A stretch of DNA of 64,000 nucleotides. Source: an uncultured bacterium. Lineage in GTDB: Bacteria > Chloroflexota > UBA5177 > JANWHV01. The notes beneath the pieces are model-generated. The model had not been told where the DNA came from and ran no database searches. It worked only from the letters and a program-made list of their open reading frames with translations. This document shows, piece after piece, positions 32,048 through 43,291 of the stretch. The position numbers and the translations under genes were made by a program. The DNA lies in NCBI GenBank assembly GCA_963827235.1, contig CAWHAE010000008.1:1-64000 (forward strand), in the 5' to 3' direction. Position 1 is the first letter of the stretch. Each line of letters starts with the position of its first letter.

Positions 32048-34411
32048 TCAGAGCCCGAGCGCGTAACTGATGGCCGCCTTCTCCTCCAGGGCGTACCCCT
32101 CGGCCCACGCGGCCATGAAAGCGCCTTCCCCCAGCTGCGCGCGAAGCGCCGCAAGGTGCTCATCGTAACGGGCCTGACGCTCCGCGCCGAGTATCGCCCC
32201 GATCTGCTCGGTGAGTCGTTCCGCCGCTCCCAGGAGCCGGACGGCACGCTCGGCGTCGCCGTCCTGGCGGACCAGAAAGCTCAGGCCGTGCAAAGTCCAG
32301 CGCAGCCCGTCCGTATCCTCCAGGTCGCGCCGCATGGCCAGGCTGTCGAGCAGGCACCTGCGTGCTCGCTCGCGATCGCCGATTAAGAGCGCCGTGTCCC
32401 CGATGTTTGCCAGCTGGTGGGCCAGGCTATGCCCGTCCCCCAGCTCGCGAAACACCTGCGCGCACTCCTCGAATGCGGCCAGTGCCTGCTCCAGGTTCCC
32501 CTCCTGCTCGGCAAGCACGCCCAGATTGCTCAGCAGACGGGACCGCACCTGCCGGTCACCGGCCGCACCTACGGTAGCCAGGCCCTCCTCATAGAGGTCG
32601 CGTGCCCTGCCGTAGTCCTCCTCCTCCAGGGCCACGTTGCCGAGACTGAGCAGACATTGGGCCACCTGACTGCTGTCGCCCGCTGCCCTCCACAGCGCCA
32701 GTGCCTCCTCGTATTCGGCTTGCGCCAAAGCCACGTCGCCGAGCCAGTACACCAGGTCGCCCGCCTGCCTCAGCGCCCTGGCCCGCAGCCCGTCCTCGGC
32801 CGCAGGCTGTCTTGCGAGCGCCGCCCGCAGCCACTCGCGCCCCTCGCGATACTGGCCTCGCATTTTCCAGAAGTTGCCGAGTGCGGTGGCAAGGCGCAGT
32901 CCCAGCAGCCTGTCGCCTTCCTCGAGAATGCACCAGTGCAGCGCCGCGCGCATGTTGTCGCGCTCGGCCACCAGCCGCTCGAGCCACACGCTCTGCTCGG
33001 TACCACGTAGCGCCGGCTCTGCTTGCTCCGCCAGTTCCGTGAAGTAACCCGCGTGCACCCGGCACACCCCGGTCAGGTCGCCGCTCTCCCGAAGCCGGTC
33101 GACGGCGAACTCGCGGATTACTTCCAGCATTGTGAAACGCGCCTCACCATCGGCCGCATCGCTCCGCTGGAGCAGGCTCGCGTCGACCAGCGACGTCAGG
33201 CCGGACAGCACCGCGCCCGGCGGGCCGCCTTCCGATAGGCAGATGGCTTCAGCCGCTTCCATCGTGAGGCCGCCGGCGAACACGGCCACCCGCCGCAGGA
33301 TCGCCTGCGCGGGTGTCTGCAGCAGGTCGTAGCTCCAGGCGATCGTGGTCGCCATGGTCTGCTGCCTCGGTGGCAGGTCGCGTGGTCCTCGGGTCAACAC
33401 CTCGAGGCGCCGCTCCAGTCGGGCGAGCAGGGCGCGCGGCGAGAAGAGCCGTACCTGCGCCGCCGCCAGTTCCAGGGCCAACGGCAGGCCGTCCAGCCGA
33501 GCGCTCACCCCCGCCACCGTTGCCGCGTTCGCCGCGTTCAGCTCGAAGCCTGCTCTCTGCTCTGCCACCCGCTCCAGGAAGACGGTCACCGCGGGCACCT
33601 GTGCGAGGACCTCGAGCGGCGGGAGATGTCCGGGATCGGGCACCGCCAGCGGCTCGACCGTCACCACCGACTCGCCGCGTACGCCCAGCAGAAGTCGGCT
33701 GGTGGCAAGCACCGTGAGCGCGGGACAGTCTTCCAGCAGACGAGCCAGTGCAGGCACGGCAGGGAGCAGGTGCTCGAAGTTGTCCAGTACGAGCAGCAGC
33801 TGCCGGTTCTTCAGGTGGGTAGCCAGCGTCTCGGCTACCGGCCGGCCTTCCTCCGCGCGCAATCCCGTACGCTGCGCCAGCTCCGCCAGAACCAGCTGAG
33901 GTTCTCGCAGCTCGGCCAGGGACACAAAGACCACCCCATGGGCAAAGGCTGTGACCAGTTCCGCGGCAACTGCCAGGGCTAGGCGCGTCTTACCCACGCC
34001 GCCCGGGCCGGTGAGCGTTACCAGTCGCGCCGTCGAGCCCGCGTTCAGTCTGGGCTGCAGGAGGGCGGTAAGCTGCCGCACTTCCGCATCGCGTCCGCGC
34101 AATACGGTCAGCGGTGTCGGCAGCGCGGCCGGCGCGTTAGGCTCGGCGGATTGGCCGGCGCGGGAGCTGGGAGCGCGACGCGGCGCCACGGCCAGGAAGA
34201 CCGCGCGGTCGGCAGCCGGCAGTGCCAGCGCGTCGGCCAGCCGCAGCAGGGTCTCGCGCTGCGGGCTCCGGTTGACTCCGCGCTCCAGGTCGCTAATGCC
34301 CCGCGCGCTTAGACCGGACCGTTCGGCCAGCGCCTCCTGGGACAGCCCTGCTTCCAGGCGCCGGCGCCGCAACTGATCCCCGAAGTGGTCTGTTGGGAGC
34401 TTCGTGGCCAG
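32048..34411 (-). CDS. XRE-HTH + STAND ATPase + TPR regulator
   Basis: [46 protein letters not shown], TPRs. Likely CTG start at 34411 behind GGAGG. Confidence 0.9.
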   Translation of the reverse strand: MATKLPTDHFGDQLRRRRLEAGLSQEALAERSGLSARGISDLERGVNRSPQRETLLRLADALALPAADRAVFLAVAPRRAPSSRAGQSAEPNAPAALPTPLTVLRGRDAEVRQLTALLQPRLNAGSTARLVTLTGPGGVGKTRLALAVAAELVTAFAHGVVFVSLAELREPQLVLAELAQRTGLRAEEGRPVAETLATHLKNRQLLLVLDNFEHLLPAVPALARLLEDCPALTVLATSRLLLGVRGESVVTVEPLAVPDPGHLPPLEVLAQVPAVTVFLERVAEQRAGFELNAANAATVAGVSARLDGLPLALELAAAQVRLFSPRALLARLERRLEVLTRGPRDLPPRQQTMATTIAWSYDLLQTPAQAILRRVAVFAGGLTMEAAEAICLSEGGPPGAVLSGLTSLVDASLLQRSDAADGEARFTMLEVIREFAVDRLRESGDLTGVCRVHAGYFTELAEQAEPALRGTEQSVWLERLVAERDNMRAALHWCILEEGDRLLGLRLATALGNFWKMRGQYREGREWLRAALARQPAAEDGLRARALRQAGDLVYWLGDVALAQAEYEEALALWRAAGDSSQVAQCLLSLGNVALEEEDYGRARDLYEEGLATVGAAGDRQVRSRLLSNLGVLAEQEGNLEQALAAFEECAQVFRELGDGHSLAHQLANIGDTALLIGDRERARRCLLDSLAMRRDLEDTDGLRWTLHGLSFLVRQDGDAERAVRLLGAAERLTEQIGAILGAERQARYDEHLAALRAQLGEGAFMAAWAEGYALEEKAAISYALGL

Positions 34412-34637
34412 GTTCCGCCTCCAGTCCGGCCTTCCTGCCGCCCCTGCCGGCCACAGGTGTGCGGCTGGTAGCAACAGCATACCAGCGTGCACTGTTGCGG
34501 ATTGGCCGTGTTACGTGCGCGTTTATGTGAGTACTGTGTGGCCGCGCGCGCTCATCCCGCCAAGAATAGGCAATGGGCGGCCGCCCAAGCAGAGCACTCT
34601 CCGTCAATCTCAATCCCGCAGAAAGGTCGACACAGTC

Positions 34638-35099
34638 ATGCAAACATTTACCTGCCCCGGTCGCCAGCGACGCCATTCGCGCGCACGACTCATCTCACCG
34701 CTACCGGCTGCGCTCGTCCTGGGACTCGCGCTCCCTGCCCTCGCCGCGCCGCCATCGCGGGCCTCGCTGGCCCAGGCATCCGCCCAGACGGTCACTCTGC
34801 GAGCTTCCGCACCCCGCTTTCCCCGAACGCTGCACACCGGACTGGTCGCGCTGACGCTCATCAACGACACGAAGAGCGAGTACAACGCCAGCCTGGGTCG
34901 CGCCAATCCGGGCTTTGCCCAGGCCAGGATCACTACTATCGTCGCCGCGACGAGCATGATCTCCCCGCGGCAAAGTTCGGACGTCACGGTCAAGCTGGTG
35001 CCCGGGCACTACCTGGCAGTCTGTTTCATGCCGGGCCCCACGAAGCACGGCGAGCCCCATGTCATGGAAGGGATGATCGGGCACTTCAGCGTGAGCTGA
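34638..35099 (+). CDS. Secreted cupredoxin-like protein, possibly internally deleted
   Basis: Signal peptide. PGHY..VC...H...GM copper-ligand loop. Confidence 0.6.
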   Translation: MQTFTCPGRQRRHSRARLISPLPAALVLGLALPALAAPPSRASLAQASAQTVTLRASAPRFPRTLHTGLVALTLINDTKSEYNASLGRANPGFAQARITTIVAATSMISPRQSSDVTVKLVPGHYLAVCFMPGPTKHGEPHVMEGMIGHFSVS

Positions 35100-35212
35100 G
35101 CGTCCCGCCATGCACAAGCATGACCGCAGGCCTAGCGGTCATCCTTGGCGGGCGCGACAGACGCCGAGGGCAGCGCCGCCCCCGGCACGATCACGCGGAG
35201 AGGAGGGAATCG

Positions 35213-35707
35213 GTGAACAGGTGCACGGCCATCCTTGGCACCGGCAACACCATCGTGATCGCGGCGAGCACCGCGGACACCGGCGGTCGTCTTGCCCTCC
35301 TGGACCACGAGCTGGCGCCGGGCTTTGTCGCCCTGCCGCTGCATGTCCATACCGCGGAGGACGCTGCAGTCTATGTGCTGGAGGGCACACTGCTGGCGAG
35401 GCAGGATCTTGGCGAGCGGTTGCTTGAGGCGGGAGCGTTCATCTTCCTGCCCCGGGGCACGGCGCATGCGCTGAGCAACCCCTCGCTGGAGCCCGCACGT
35501 TTCCTGATGCTGCTGATTCCGGCAGGCTTCGAGCAGTGCCTCGCCGACCTCGACACCCTGCTCGAGACTGGCGCGCCGTGGGCGTCCCACATCGTCGTGG
35601 CGGCGCTGGCTCGCTACGGTGTGCGCCTGGTGCCTGTCGCCGGGCCGGCGCCGGGCACGCTCACCAGCAGCTCGGGTCGACCACGCTCGTCGCCTGCGCG
35701 CTCTTGA
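35213..35707 (+). CDS. Cupin-domain protein
   Basis: AGGAGG + GTG. PLHVH..ED...VLEG...PRGTAH. Confidence 0.8.
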   Translation: MNRCTAILGTGNTIVIAASTADTGGRLALLDHELAPGFVALPLHVHTAEDAAVYVLEGTLLARQDLGERLLEAGAFIFLPRGTAHALSNPSLEPARFLMLLIPAGFEQCLADLDTLLETGAPWASHIVVAALARYGVRLVPVAGPAPGTLTSSSGRPRSSPARS

Positions 35708-35823
35708 GCACTGCTCCGCCGCTCGCCGCGATGTAGCACATGCTGGCAACTGATTCCGCCCGTGCGTGTTTCACTCTCAAGTAGAGGCGCCGCACCTACC
35801 GAGCTGCAGCCCGCCGGTGCGGT

Positions 35824-36528
35824 CTAGGATCCCGGATAGACGATGCCGGATCCCGCGTAGCCGTAGTTGCTGCGAGGGCCCAGCCAGGCGTCGGTTGCGT
35901 AGCCCATTTGCTCCCAGTACCCGATCCGCAGCTTGCTGCTGAGAGTGATCCTGTTCACCCACTTGATGTACTTGAATCCGTACATGTCCGGAATGACCAG
36001 GCGGAGCGGATATCCTTGCTCCGCCGATAGCGCTGCGCCGTTGAGCTTGTACCCGAGCAGCACGTCCGGCAGGTGCGCCTGATCCATGCTGAGACTCTCC
36101 GTGTAGCTGCCGTCCGCCGATGAGAGGAGCACGTATCGCGCGTTGGGTAGTGGTTGCACTCGTGCCAGCAAATCGCTGAGCTTTACACCCTCCCAGCGGC
36201 AGTTCGGCACGACCCAGCCCGTGACGCAGTGGTAGTCCTTCACGATGCCGGTGCTCGGCATCGCCAGCAGCTCGGCAAGCTCATACGTGCCGGGAAACTG
36301 CACCAGTCCGTCGACCTTGAGGCGGTAGCTCTTGGCGTCGAGCCGGGGAATGCCGCTCGTCGTGTAGATCTGGAAGCCGTTGACAGAGAACGCCGAGGCA
36401 ATCAGGCTGGCGCCGGGCAGCTTCTTCGCTCCGATCACAAGCCCGGCCAGGCCGGCTGCGAGGGCGGACAGGAATACGCGGCGGCCGACATGGATGGTAC
36501 GTGGCCTGGATGCGGGTTGGCGAGGCAT
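35824..36528 (-). CDS. Molybdopterin-dependent oxidoreductase (sulfite oxidase/MsrP family), copy 1
   Basis: Tat-like RRVFL. HCVTGW, GYPLRLVIP, YGFKYIKW, GYWE. Confidence 0.9.
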   Translation of the reverse strand: MPRQPASRPRTIHVGRRVFLSALAAGLAGLVIGAKKLPGASLIASAFSVNGFQIYTTSGIPRLDAKSYRLKVDGLVQFPGTYELAELLAMPSTGIVKDYHCVTGWVVPNCRWEGVKLSDLLARVQPLPNARYVLLSSADGSYTESLSMDQAHLPDVLLGYKLNGAALSAEQGYPLRLVIPDMYGFKYIKWVNRITLSSKLRIGYWEQMGYATDAWLGPRSNYGYAGSGIVYPGS

Positions 36529-36805
36529 TCGATTCTGCCTTTCTGCTCGACGGCGATCCTCGCCACGCTTGCAACGAAGTGTAGCGTACATGCTCGTAGT
36601 TACGTACGGCGCCGGCGAGAGATCGGTTTCCTTCCGCGATCACTGCTTGGTGACAGCCCACTGGTCGTCGCCGGTTGACGGCACTCGCCTGCCGAGCTGC
36701 TCTCGCACCCTGCAGGTACCCCGGCACCTGCTTCCGTTGAAACAGGGTGAGCCCAAAGGGTCCACTCTTGCCGAGCTCGAGCGGCAGGAGGCGGTAGCCT
36801 TGGCA

Positions 36806-36851
36806 CGGGTGTGCCGTTCTCCCACGCATGCGTGGGAGAACGGCACACCCG
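36806..36851. repeat. Perfect 46-bp palindrome
   Basis: CGGGTGTGCCGTTCTCCCACGCA|TGCGTGGGAGAACGGCACACCCG, 17 nt after the stop at 36869. Confidence 0.9.
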
Positions 36852-36868
36852 GCATCGCCGGCCTTCGG

Positions 36869-37378
36869 TTACGGCGTGTCGGCCACCGTCACAATCCGAT
36901 GCCATGCTCCATCCACGATCCAGAAGCGTATGGCGTCGCCGGGGCGAGCGTCTCCCTGCGTCACGTACTGGAAGTGGCCGCCCCAGCCGGGTGGCAGGGA
37001 AGTCACGGCCAGCGGCACTGTGACCCAGTTGCGCAGCACCGCGCCGGTCGTCATGTCTCGTATCGCGACGTGTACGCTGCCCGGGAAGGGGAAACAACTG
37101 CCGCCGACCCGCAGGACCGAATAGTGGGCGGACGCACCGGTAGGGTAATGGTGCGACGCGCAGAATGGGGCACTTGGAAGTGGTACGGCAGCGTCGGCCG
37201 CTACCTGATTGCCAGCGGCGCGGGACACCTGGATCGTTGCGCCGTTCGTCGCCGAAGCGCCGATCGTCGGCAGCCCGGATGCGCGCGCCGCCAGCGGTTG
37301 CATTGCCGCCAGCGCGAGAACGACACCAATTGCCAATCCTCTGGCGAACCGTGACCGAGAACCGTGAAGTGCGTGCAT
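36869..37378 (-). CDS. Secreted hypothetical protein
   Basis: Signal peptide ending AARA. Beta-rich mature part. Confidence 0.6.
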   Translation of the reverse strand: MHALHGSRSRFARGLAIGVVLALAAMQPLAARASGLPTIGASATNGATIQVSRAAGNQVAADAAVPLPSAPFCASHHYPTGASAHYSVLRVGGSCFPFPGSVHVAIRDMTTGAVLRNWVTVPLAVTSLPPGWGGHFQYVTQGDARPGDAIRFWIVDGAWHRIVTVADTP

Positions 37379-37946
37379 CTCCGGACCCTTTCTGTTGCTC
37401 CTGGCACCCTCTCGTGTGGTGCACAAGCCAACTCTAGGTGTCACGTATTGCCGCGCCATTTCCGAAATATAGCCAACATTAAACAGTGTGTAAGCACTTT
37501 ATGCCAGCGGACGCCGGCGTCCGCGCCGCGCGTACTCGTGATTGCGGTCGTAACCCGTGGGCGCCGGGTGCAGCGGTACCAACGCATGGTAGCGCCGGCA
37601 CTGCCCGTGGCACTCGTCCAGAGCATCTGGATAAATGACCCTAACCGGACTCAGCCGGGTTTGCTCGAGCGCCTCCGTGCCCCCGGCCGGAGGACGAGCG
37701 ACTTCTCCCTGAAGCAGGCAATAGGCTGTGCCGGCGTGGTCGAGATCCCCATGGCGGAGCCGCGGCCGCGCCCAATGCACGCCGCGGCAAGCGATGGCAT
37801 TGTGTTGAGCAGGGCGGGAGACCATACCTTTGCGAGCACGTAGCGCGGCTCCGCGCAAGCGGCCGGGGCGCCCGGGCAGACCGACGAGTTCCTCACCCCC
37901 GTAGCCGGCAGCACCGCCCGCGATGCCGCGGTAGACGCCTCGACCG

Positions 37947-38579
37947 CTACTGGCCCATCGCGGATCGATTGCTGTCCGGGTCACGACCATCGCCACCGAG
38001 CCCGCTGAGCAGCGCCAGCACGCGGCTCCACAGCGTTTCCGCCGCCGTGGCGTCGTATTCGGCCGGCAGGCTGGGGTCGGTAAACAGATGGCCGGCCCCG
38101 GCATACTCGAACAGCTCGAAGGGCGCTCCCGCGGCGCGCACGTCCGCGGCCATGCCGTCGATCTCGGCTTGCTCGCGGAACGGATCGCCTTGCATGAAAT
38201 GTACCTGCACGGGGACGGTGGCCGGCCACGCATCCAGACCCATGATCTTCAGGGGAAGAGCGGCGTGCAGCAGGACGCAGGCCAGTGCGCCCGGACGCGT
38301 TGCCGCCAGCCACTCTGCCGGCGCGCCTCCCGCCGAGAACCCCATGTACACGATCGTGGTGGGCAGTTGCGCCACGTCGTCCGAGGCGCGTCGCAGTAGC
38401 TCCCTGTAGCCGATGCCCTCCTGGTAGGCCATCGCGGGCTCGTACGCGTCAAACCGCGCCTCACCGCGGTACAGGTCGGGCGTATGCACGGTGTGCCCCG
38501 CGGCCCGCAAGCGATCGGCGGCGTCCGTTACGCCGGCCCGGGGGCCAAGCACGGAGTGGAACAACACGATATCGGCCAT
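37947..38579 (-). CDS. Dienelactone hydrolase family protein
   Basis: FHSVLG, PDLY, GFSAGG, GAGHLF. Confidence 0.9.
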   Translation of the reverse strand: MADIVLFHSVLGPRAGVTDAADRLRAAGHTVHTPDLYRGEARFDAYEPAMAYQEGIGYRELLRRASDDVAQLPTTIVYMGFSAGGAPAEWLAATRPGALACVLLHAALPLKIMGLDAWPATVPVQVHFMQGDPFREQAEIDGMAADVRAAGAPFELFEYAGAGHLFTDPSLPAEYDATAAETLWSRVLALLSGLGGDGRDPDSNRSAMGQ

Positions 38580-38807
38580 TGCAGCCTCCTTTGGCTTCGG
38601 AGCTGGCGGTTGAGGTCGAGCCTGAGGTTAACTCCTACCATAGCACCGCCGCCCTGTCGGATCGCGGGAGCTTTCAACGGGTTCCGCGATGGCGATCCGA
38701 TATTCCGCTTGTCACCATGTCTCGCGGCCCGAATGGTCGATTGCCGCCGCTCATCCGCATCGTGTATTCTTACGGCGGGCGTCGACCCGCTCCTCTCGGG
38801 AGGCAGT

Positions 38808-40539
38808 ATGCCGATGGTAGTCTGCTCTGTGTGTGGCGCGGCAACGCTTGAGGATTGCCCGAGCTGTCCGTCCTGCGGAAGCCCTCTTCTTGCCGCCAAA
38901 CAAACGTTTGCCACGGGCGCCGCTGCGACCAGGCCGCTGGGCGGCATGGGGGCGCCGCTCCTGGGCAGCGCAGCGCCTGATCCCGATCCGCAGCTTCAGG
39001 CTGATCGGGAGCCTGGCTCGCCTCCGCGGTCGCCGGCGCCGGGCGGTGACGGCTCGCCGCCGACCACTAGTAGCGCTTCCCTTTCGCTCCGCCAGGGCCA
39101 GCTCGTGGCCGGCCGGTATCGGGTGGATTCACGTATTGGCTTCGGCTCAATGGGCACCGTGTGGCGTGGAACTGATGAACGCCTGGAGGGCCGGCCGTGC
39201 GCGATAAAGACCATCGATCTGACCCGTCTAGGCGCGCATGAGGCCGCCGAGGCCAAGGCGATGTTCGACCGGGAAATCAGCGTGCTCTCAAAGCTCAGCC
39301 ATCCTGGTATCTGCGAGATCCGCGATGTCGTGATGGAAGGCGATGCCCGCTGCCTGATCATGGAGCTCGTGGACGGGCACACGCTGGCCGAGCGCCTGAA
39401 GGTCAATGGCGGCCGTGCATTTCCGGAGGCCACGGTCCTCACCTGGGCGGCCATGCTGGTGGACGCGCTCTCGTACCTGCACCACCTGGATCCACCGATC
39501 ATCTTCCGCGACGTGAAGCCTCAAAACGCGATTCTTCGCCCGGACGGAAGGGTCACCCTTGTCGACTTTGGTATAGCTCGACCGACGGTCGTGGCCGGCG
39601 GCACTGCCATCGGCACCGGAGGTTATGCCCCGCCCGAGCAGTATCAGGGCCTGGCGGACGCTCGTTCGGATGAGTATGCGCTCGCTGCGACGCTGCACCA
39701 CCTTCTCACGGGACGCGACCCGACGCTTTTCACGCCGTTTGTCTTCCCTCGAGCGCGAAGCGTCGTGCCCTCGATCAGCGAGCACGTTGATCTAGCGTTG
39801 GACCGCGCGCTCAACATGGCGAGCACGAGCCGGTTTCCCACCGTGGCCGAGTTCGGCCAGGCATTGCAGGGCCGCCTGAGCGTACATGCCTTGACGGCGG
39901 CGCCGACGGCCGCGGGCGCAGGCGCCTTCGGATCGTACCCGTGGCAGCCGTCCGGCGCCGCGGCGTCACGTGCGCGCTCAGGCGGTGAGGTGGTGCCGTC
40001 CGGTCCGGCTGCCCTGAGCATCTTGTCCGCCTCGGCGTTGGAAAGCGGCTCCGGAGAGTTCGACGTGTACTGCGGCGCGTGCAATCACCGGAACACAGCC
40101 ACGGCCACGTACTGCAACTCCTGTGGGCTCCGCCTGGGCGTCACGCCGGCGGGCTTCTGGATTCGCACCGGCGCCTACGTCATAGACTCCATTGTGCTCT
40201 GGATCGCACAGAAGATCATGGGCCTGGTTCTCGGCGGCCTGATCGGCCTGGACGCGGGCGGGTTCAGCTTCATCGTAAGCTGCGCCGTGTCGCTTGCGTA
40301 CTTTGCTGTGTTCTGGACACGCACGGGGCGCACTCCGGGAATGCAAGCACTCGGTCTGACGGTCCGTGACTGCTCCGGTGACCTCATGACGTGGTCGCAG
40401 GCGATAGGACGCTATCCTCATGCTCTTCGTCAGCTTCCTGTGCATCTTTCTCGGCGTGATCTCGGTTGCCTGGCAGAAAGACAAGCGTGGCTGGCATGAC
40501 CTGGCGAGCGGCACCGAGGTCATTCGCAGCAGACCGTAG
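38808..40539 (+). CDS. Zn-ribbon + Ser/Thr kinase + Zn-ribbon + RDD membrane domain (frameshift near 40418)
   Basis: GFGSMG, RDVKPQN, DFG, APPE. CxxC pairs. AGFWIR..AY.ID...TPG. The shifted frame ends RGWHDLASGTEV..*. Confidence 0.85.
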
Positions 40540-40937
40540 CCGGCGTGCGCGTGCGCAGCCGTCGTCTCGACCTCGATTCGAGTTTCCTGGCTGGCTAAAC
40601 TCATCGCGTCGTAGCTCAGCCTCGGCACCGGCTGATCACCGGTCCCCATGACCTGCGCGCAACGGGAGCGGCCGGCCAGCGAACTACCGCTGCGTGGTAT
40701 GGGCCCGTGTCGCCGTGCTGTTTCGAGTCCGGCGTCTGGGGTGGCGGGCATGCTGCGGCGGCGACACCGCGTGTGCGCGGTGCACGCCGGCAGCCCGATC
40801 GTCACCGTGACAGAAGAGACGGCGAGACCAGCCGGACGAAGCCACTACCCGAGTGGGTAGTGGAATTCGATGGCCGGGACGGTGACTGCGTGCGGGCACA
40901 GGTTGTGCAATACTGCGACTGTTCGGGAGGCAGATCG

Positions 40938-42032
40938 ATGTTGCGCCAGATTGACATCGTCCCCCAGCAGGTGTCGGTAGACGCACCTGTAGCCCTCGTC
41001 TTCGATCTCCTGGCCCATGCGGATGTCGGCTGGCTGGCCGAATCGAGCGATCTCACCCGCGACTCCGTGCCGGATGCAACGCAGTCCAACGCGACGCCGG
41101 GGCGGCCGGCTGCTCAGGACGAAGCAACACCGGTCAGGCGGCTCGAGTTGCAGCCGCCTCGGCGTCAGGTGGCCCTCCATGTGGGCGGCCCTTACATCGG
41201 GGCTCGGGACGTGGTGCTCCTTCAGGCGCATGGGTCCGGCACGGACGTCGCCTTGTACGCGCGGATCCCGACGGAGCGCGAGCATGGTGCGGAGCAATTC
41301 ATCAAGCGCGCCTTTGAGCAGGGGGCGCAGTCACACCTGCGCGCGGTCAAGGCAGCGGCTGAAGCACGGGTGCGCGCCGAGCAGCAGCAGGACGAGAGCG
41401 CCATGCGGCTCGTAGAAGGTTTGAGCACGCTCAGCGAGCAGCAGCTGCTCCAGGCCGTGGACGAGCAAGAGGAAGCGGAATTCGGCCATTGCGGCCACGG
41501 ACGCGGTGTCGCGCGGGTAGCCGCGAGTCTTGCCGCGGAGGTCGGGCTGCTGCCCCGCCATCTCGCGGTCCTGCAGCAGGCCGCTCGCTTGCACGACGTG
41601 GGGAAGGTTGGTCTGCCGCGCGCGCTCTGGGCGGCGTCGCGGACGCTCAGCGTCGAAGAGCGCTGCCAGATGGCGCAGCATGTGCGGATCGGCGTAGCGC
41701 TCGCCGGTCGTGCGAGCTTACCCGAATCTGTGCTCGTGACGATGCTTCATCACCATGAATGCTGGGACGGTTCCGGTTATCCCGATCATCTGGCGGGCGA
41801 GTCGATTCCGCTGCGCGCCCGGATTCTGGCCATCGCTGAGAGTGTCGACACGATGCTGCGCGTCTCGTATCGGCGCGATGCTCTCCCCACCGATGCCATT
41901 ATCTCGCGGCTCGAGGCCGATGGCGGTCACCGCTGGGATCCGATGCTGGCGCGTGCGGTGAGTCGCACGCTCCGCGGTAGCAGGCCGGACTGGGTGCCGG
42001 CCGAGGCTCCTCACGCGGCGCTGAGCGCGTGA
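40938..42032 (+). CDS. SRPBCC/START-like domain fused to HD-GYP phosphodiesterase
   Basis: VDAPVALVFDLL N-terminus. LHDVGK, HHE.WDGSGYP. Confidence 0.8.
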   Translation: MLRQIDIVPQQVSVDAPVALVFDLLAHADVGWLAESSDLTRDSVPDATQSNATPGRPAAQDEATPVRRLELQPPRRQVALHVGGPYIGARDVVLLQAHGSGTDVALYARIPTEREHGAEQFIKRAFEQGAQSHLRAVKAAAEARVRAEQQQDESAMRLVEGLSTLSEQQLLQAVDEQEEAEFGHCGHGRGVARVAASLAAEVGLLPRHLAVLQQAARLHDVGKVGLPRALWAASRTLSVEERCQMAQHVRIGVALAGRASLPESVLVTMLHHHECWDGSGYPDHLAGESIPLRARILAIAESVDTMLRVSYRRDALPTDAIISRLEADGGHRWDPMLARAVSRTLRGSRPDWVPAEAPHAALSA

Positions 42033-42189
42033 TCGTGGCAACGGTGGCCCTGCCGGCTACCGGTACTAGAGCGACACCGATTCGGCCGGACGTCCGCAAT
42101 GGACGGCAAACCCGGCGCACGCCACGGTCGTCTCCGGCGCACCGGTCGGAGAGCTCTCGGTCATCTACGATCCGGGTCTCCAGTGCTGG

Positions 42190-42324
42190 CTGATGACCTA
42201 TCTGCATGGGGGCGACGACGCGCAGGTGTGCCCCTTGGGCCTTGGCGAGCCTGACCGCTTCCTGCACGGCATGCCCCGACGTGATGCCGCCATTGACCGC
42301 GACCAAGCTGCGCCGGTGCACCAT
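42190..42324 (-). pseudogene. Universal stress protein N-terminal remnant
   Basis: RRSLVAVNG...AVQEAVRLAKAQGAHLRVV. Confidence 0.5.
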
Positions 42325-42428
42325 GCCATCCTCCTCGAAATCCTCAGGGCTGACGCCGTCCGGGGGCATCACCCTTCATCCCCTTGAGCAGCTTCGCAGG
42401 CCTCCGGGCTGGGCCCGCCACGAAGCAG

Positions 42429-42620
42429 CTACGCGATGCCCACGGCCAGAAGCGCGCCCGCTACCGGCCCCGCGACATAGATCCAGTAGGTATCCATGTA
42501 GCCGCCCACGGCGGCCGGCCCGAAGGAACGGGCTGGGTTCATGGAGGCGCCGCTAATGGGCGCGGCAAAAAGACCGTCGAGGGCAATGGTCCCGGCCACG
42601 ACCAGCGCCCGTGGCCGCAC
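42429..42620 (-). pseudogene. Aquaporin/MIP C-terminal fragment
   Basis: PISGASMNPARSFGPA...WIYVAGP. No N-terminal half. Confidence 0.8.
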
Positions 42621-43291
42621 TAGTTATCCGGAGCCACGATAGCAGCTATGTCGACGCCATTCTGTCCCATCGTGACGTGCACACGCTTGAGGTGGTCCTT
42701 TGTCACCGCAAGGTGCACGTCACGTGTAACCAGATCGACGCCATCCACGAGCGCCATCGGCACATACAGGTCGTGAGGGATGAACGGGTTCTTGCGCACC
42801 TCTATATACTCGCGATCGATGTTGTAAGTGTCGATTGTGCCAACCCTCTCGCCGAAGACATCGAACACGCGCATCCCGACGTCGATCTGCCGCTTGATCT
42901 CATCCACATTGGTACAGTCGACTTGCAAAGGAGCACCCGTGTAGCCACTGGGGACGTTGGTCACGGCGATATGCTCGGCCGAGCCCGAACTCGCGTCTTC
43001 GGCGGCCTTCACCATCGTGGTGCGGGCTGGCGGATTGGTGTAGGCGGCCAGCAGATCGTCCTTCGTCACGCTGAGACCGATCTCGCGCTTGTCGATGGTC
43101 GCGATGAGCTTGTACGGGATGTACAGCGTGCGATGCACAAATGTCCCCTTCTCCACGGTCATCCAGCCTGTCTGGCTGTCGTAGATCTCGACCGTGCCGA
43201 GCTTCGTGCCGTCGCGATCGTAGACGCGTTGCCCATACGCGATGAGCTGCCTGATGTGTTCGGAGACGACGTCCGGCGTTGACATACTCAT
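42620..43291 (-). CDS. Tandem PRC-barrel/DUF2171-like protein
   Basis: Two G.RV.D..G...GT.....V.K......LY.P repeats. Confidence 0.7.
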   Translation of the reverse strand: MSMSTPDVVSEHIRQLIAYGQRVYDRDGTKLGTVEIYDSQTGWMTVEKGTFVHRTLYIPYKLIATIDKREIGLSVTKDDLLAAYTNPPARTTMVKAAEDASSGSAEHIAVTNVPSGYTGAPLQVDCTNVDEIKRQIDVGMRVFDVFGERVGTIDTYNIDREYIEVRKNPFIPHDLYVPMALVDGVDLVTRDVHLAVTKDHLKRVHVTMGQNGVDIAAIVAPDN

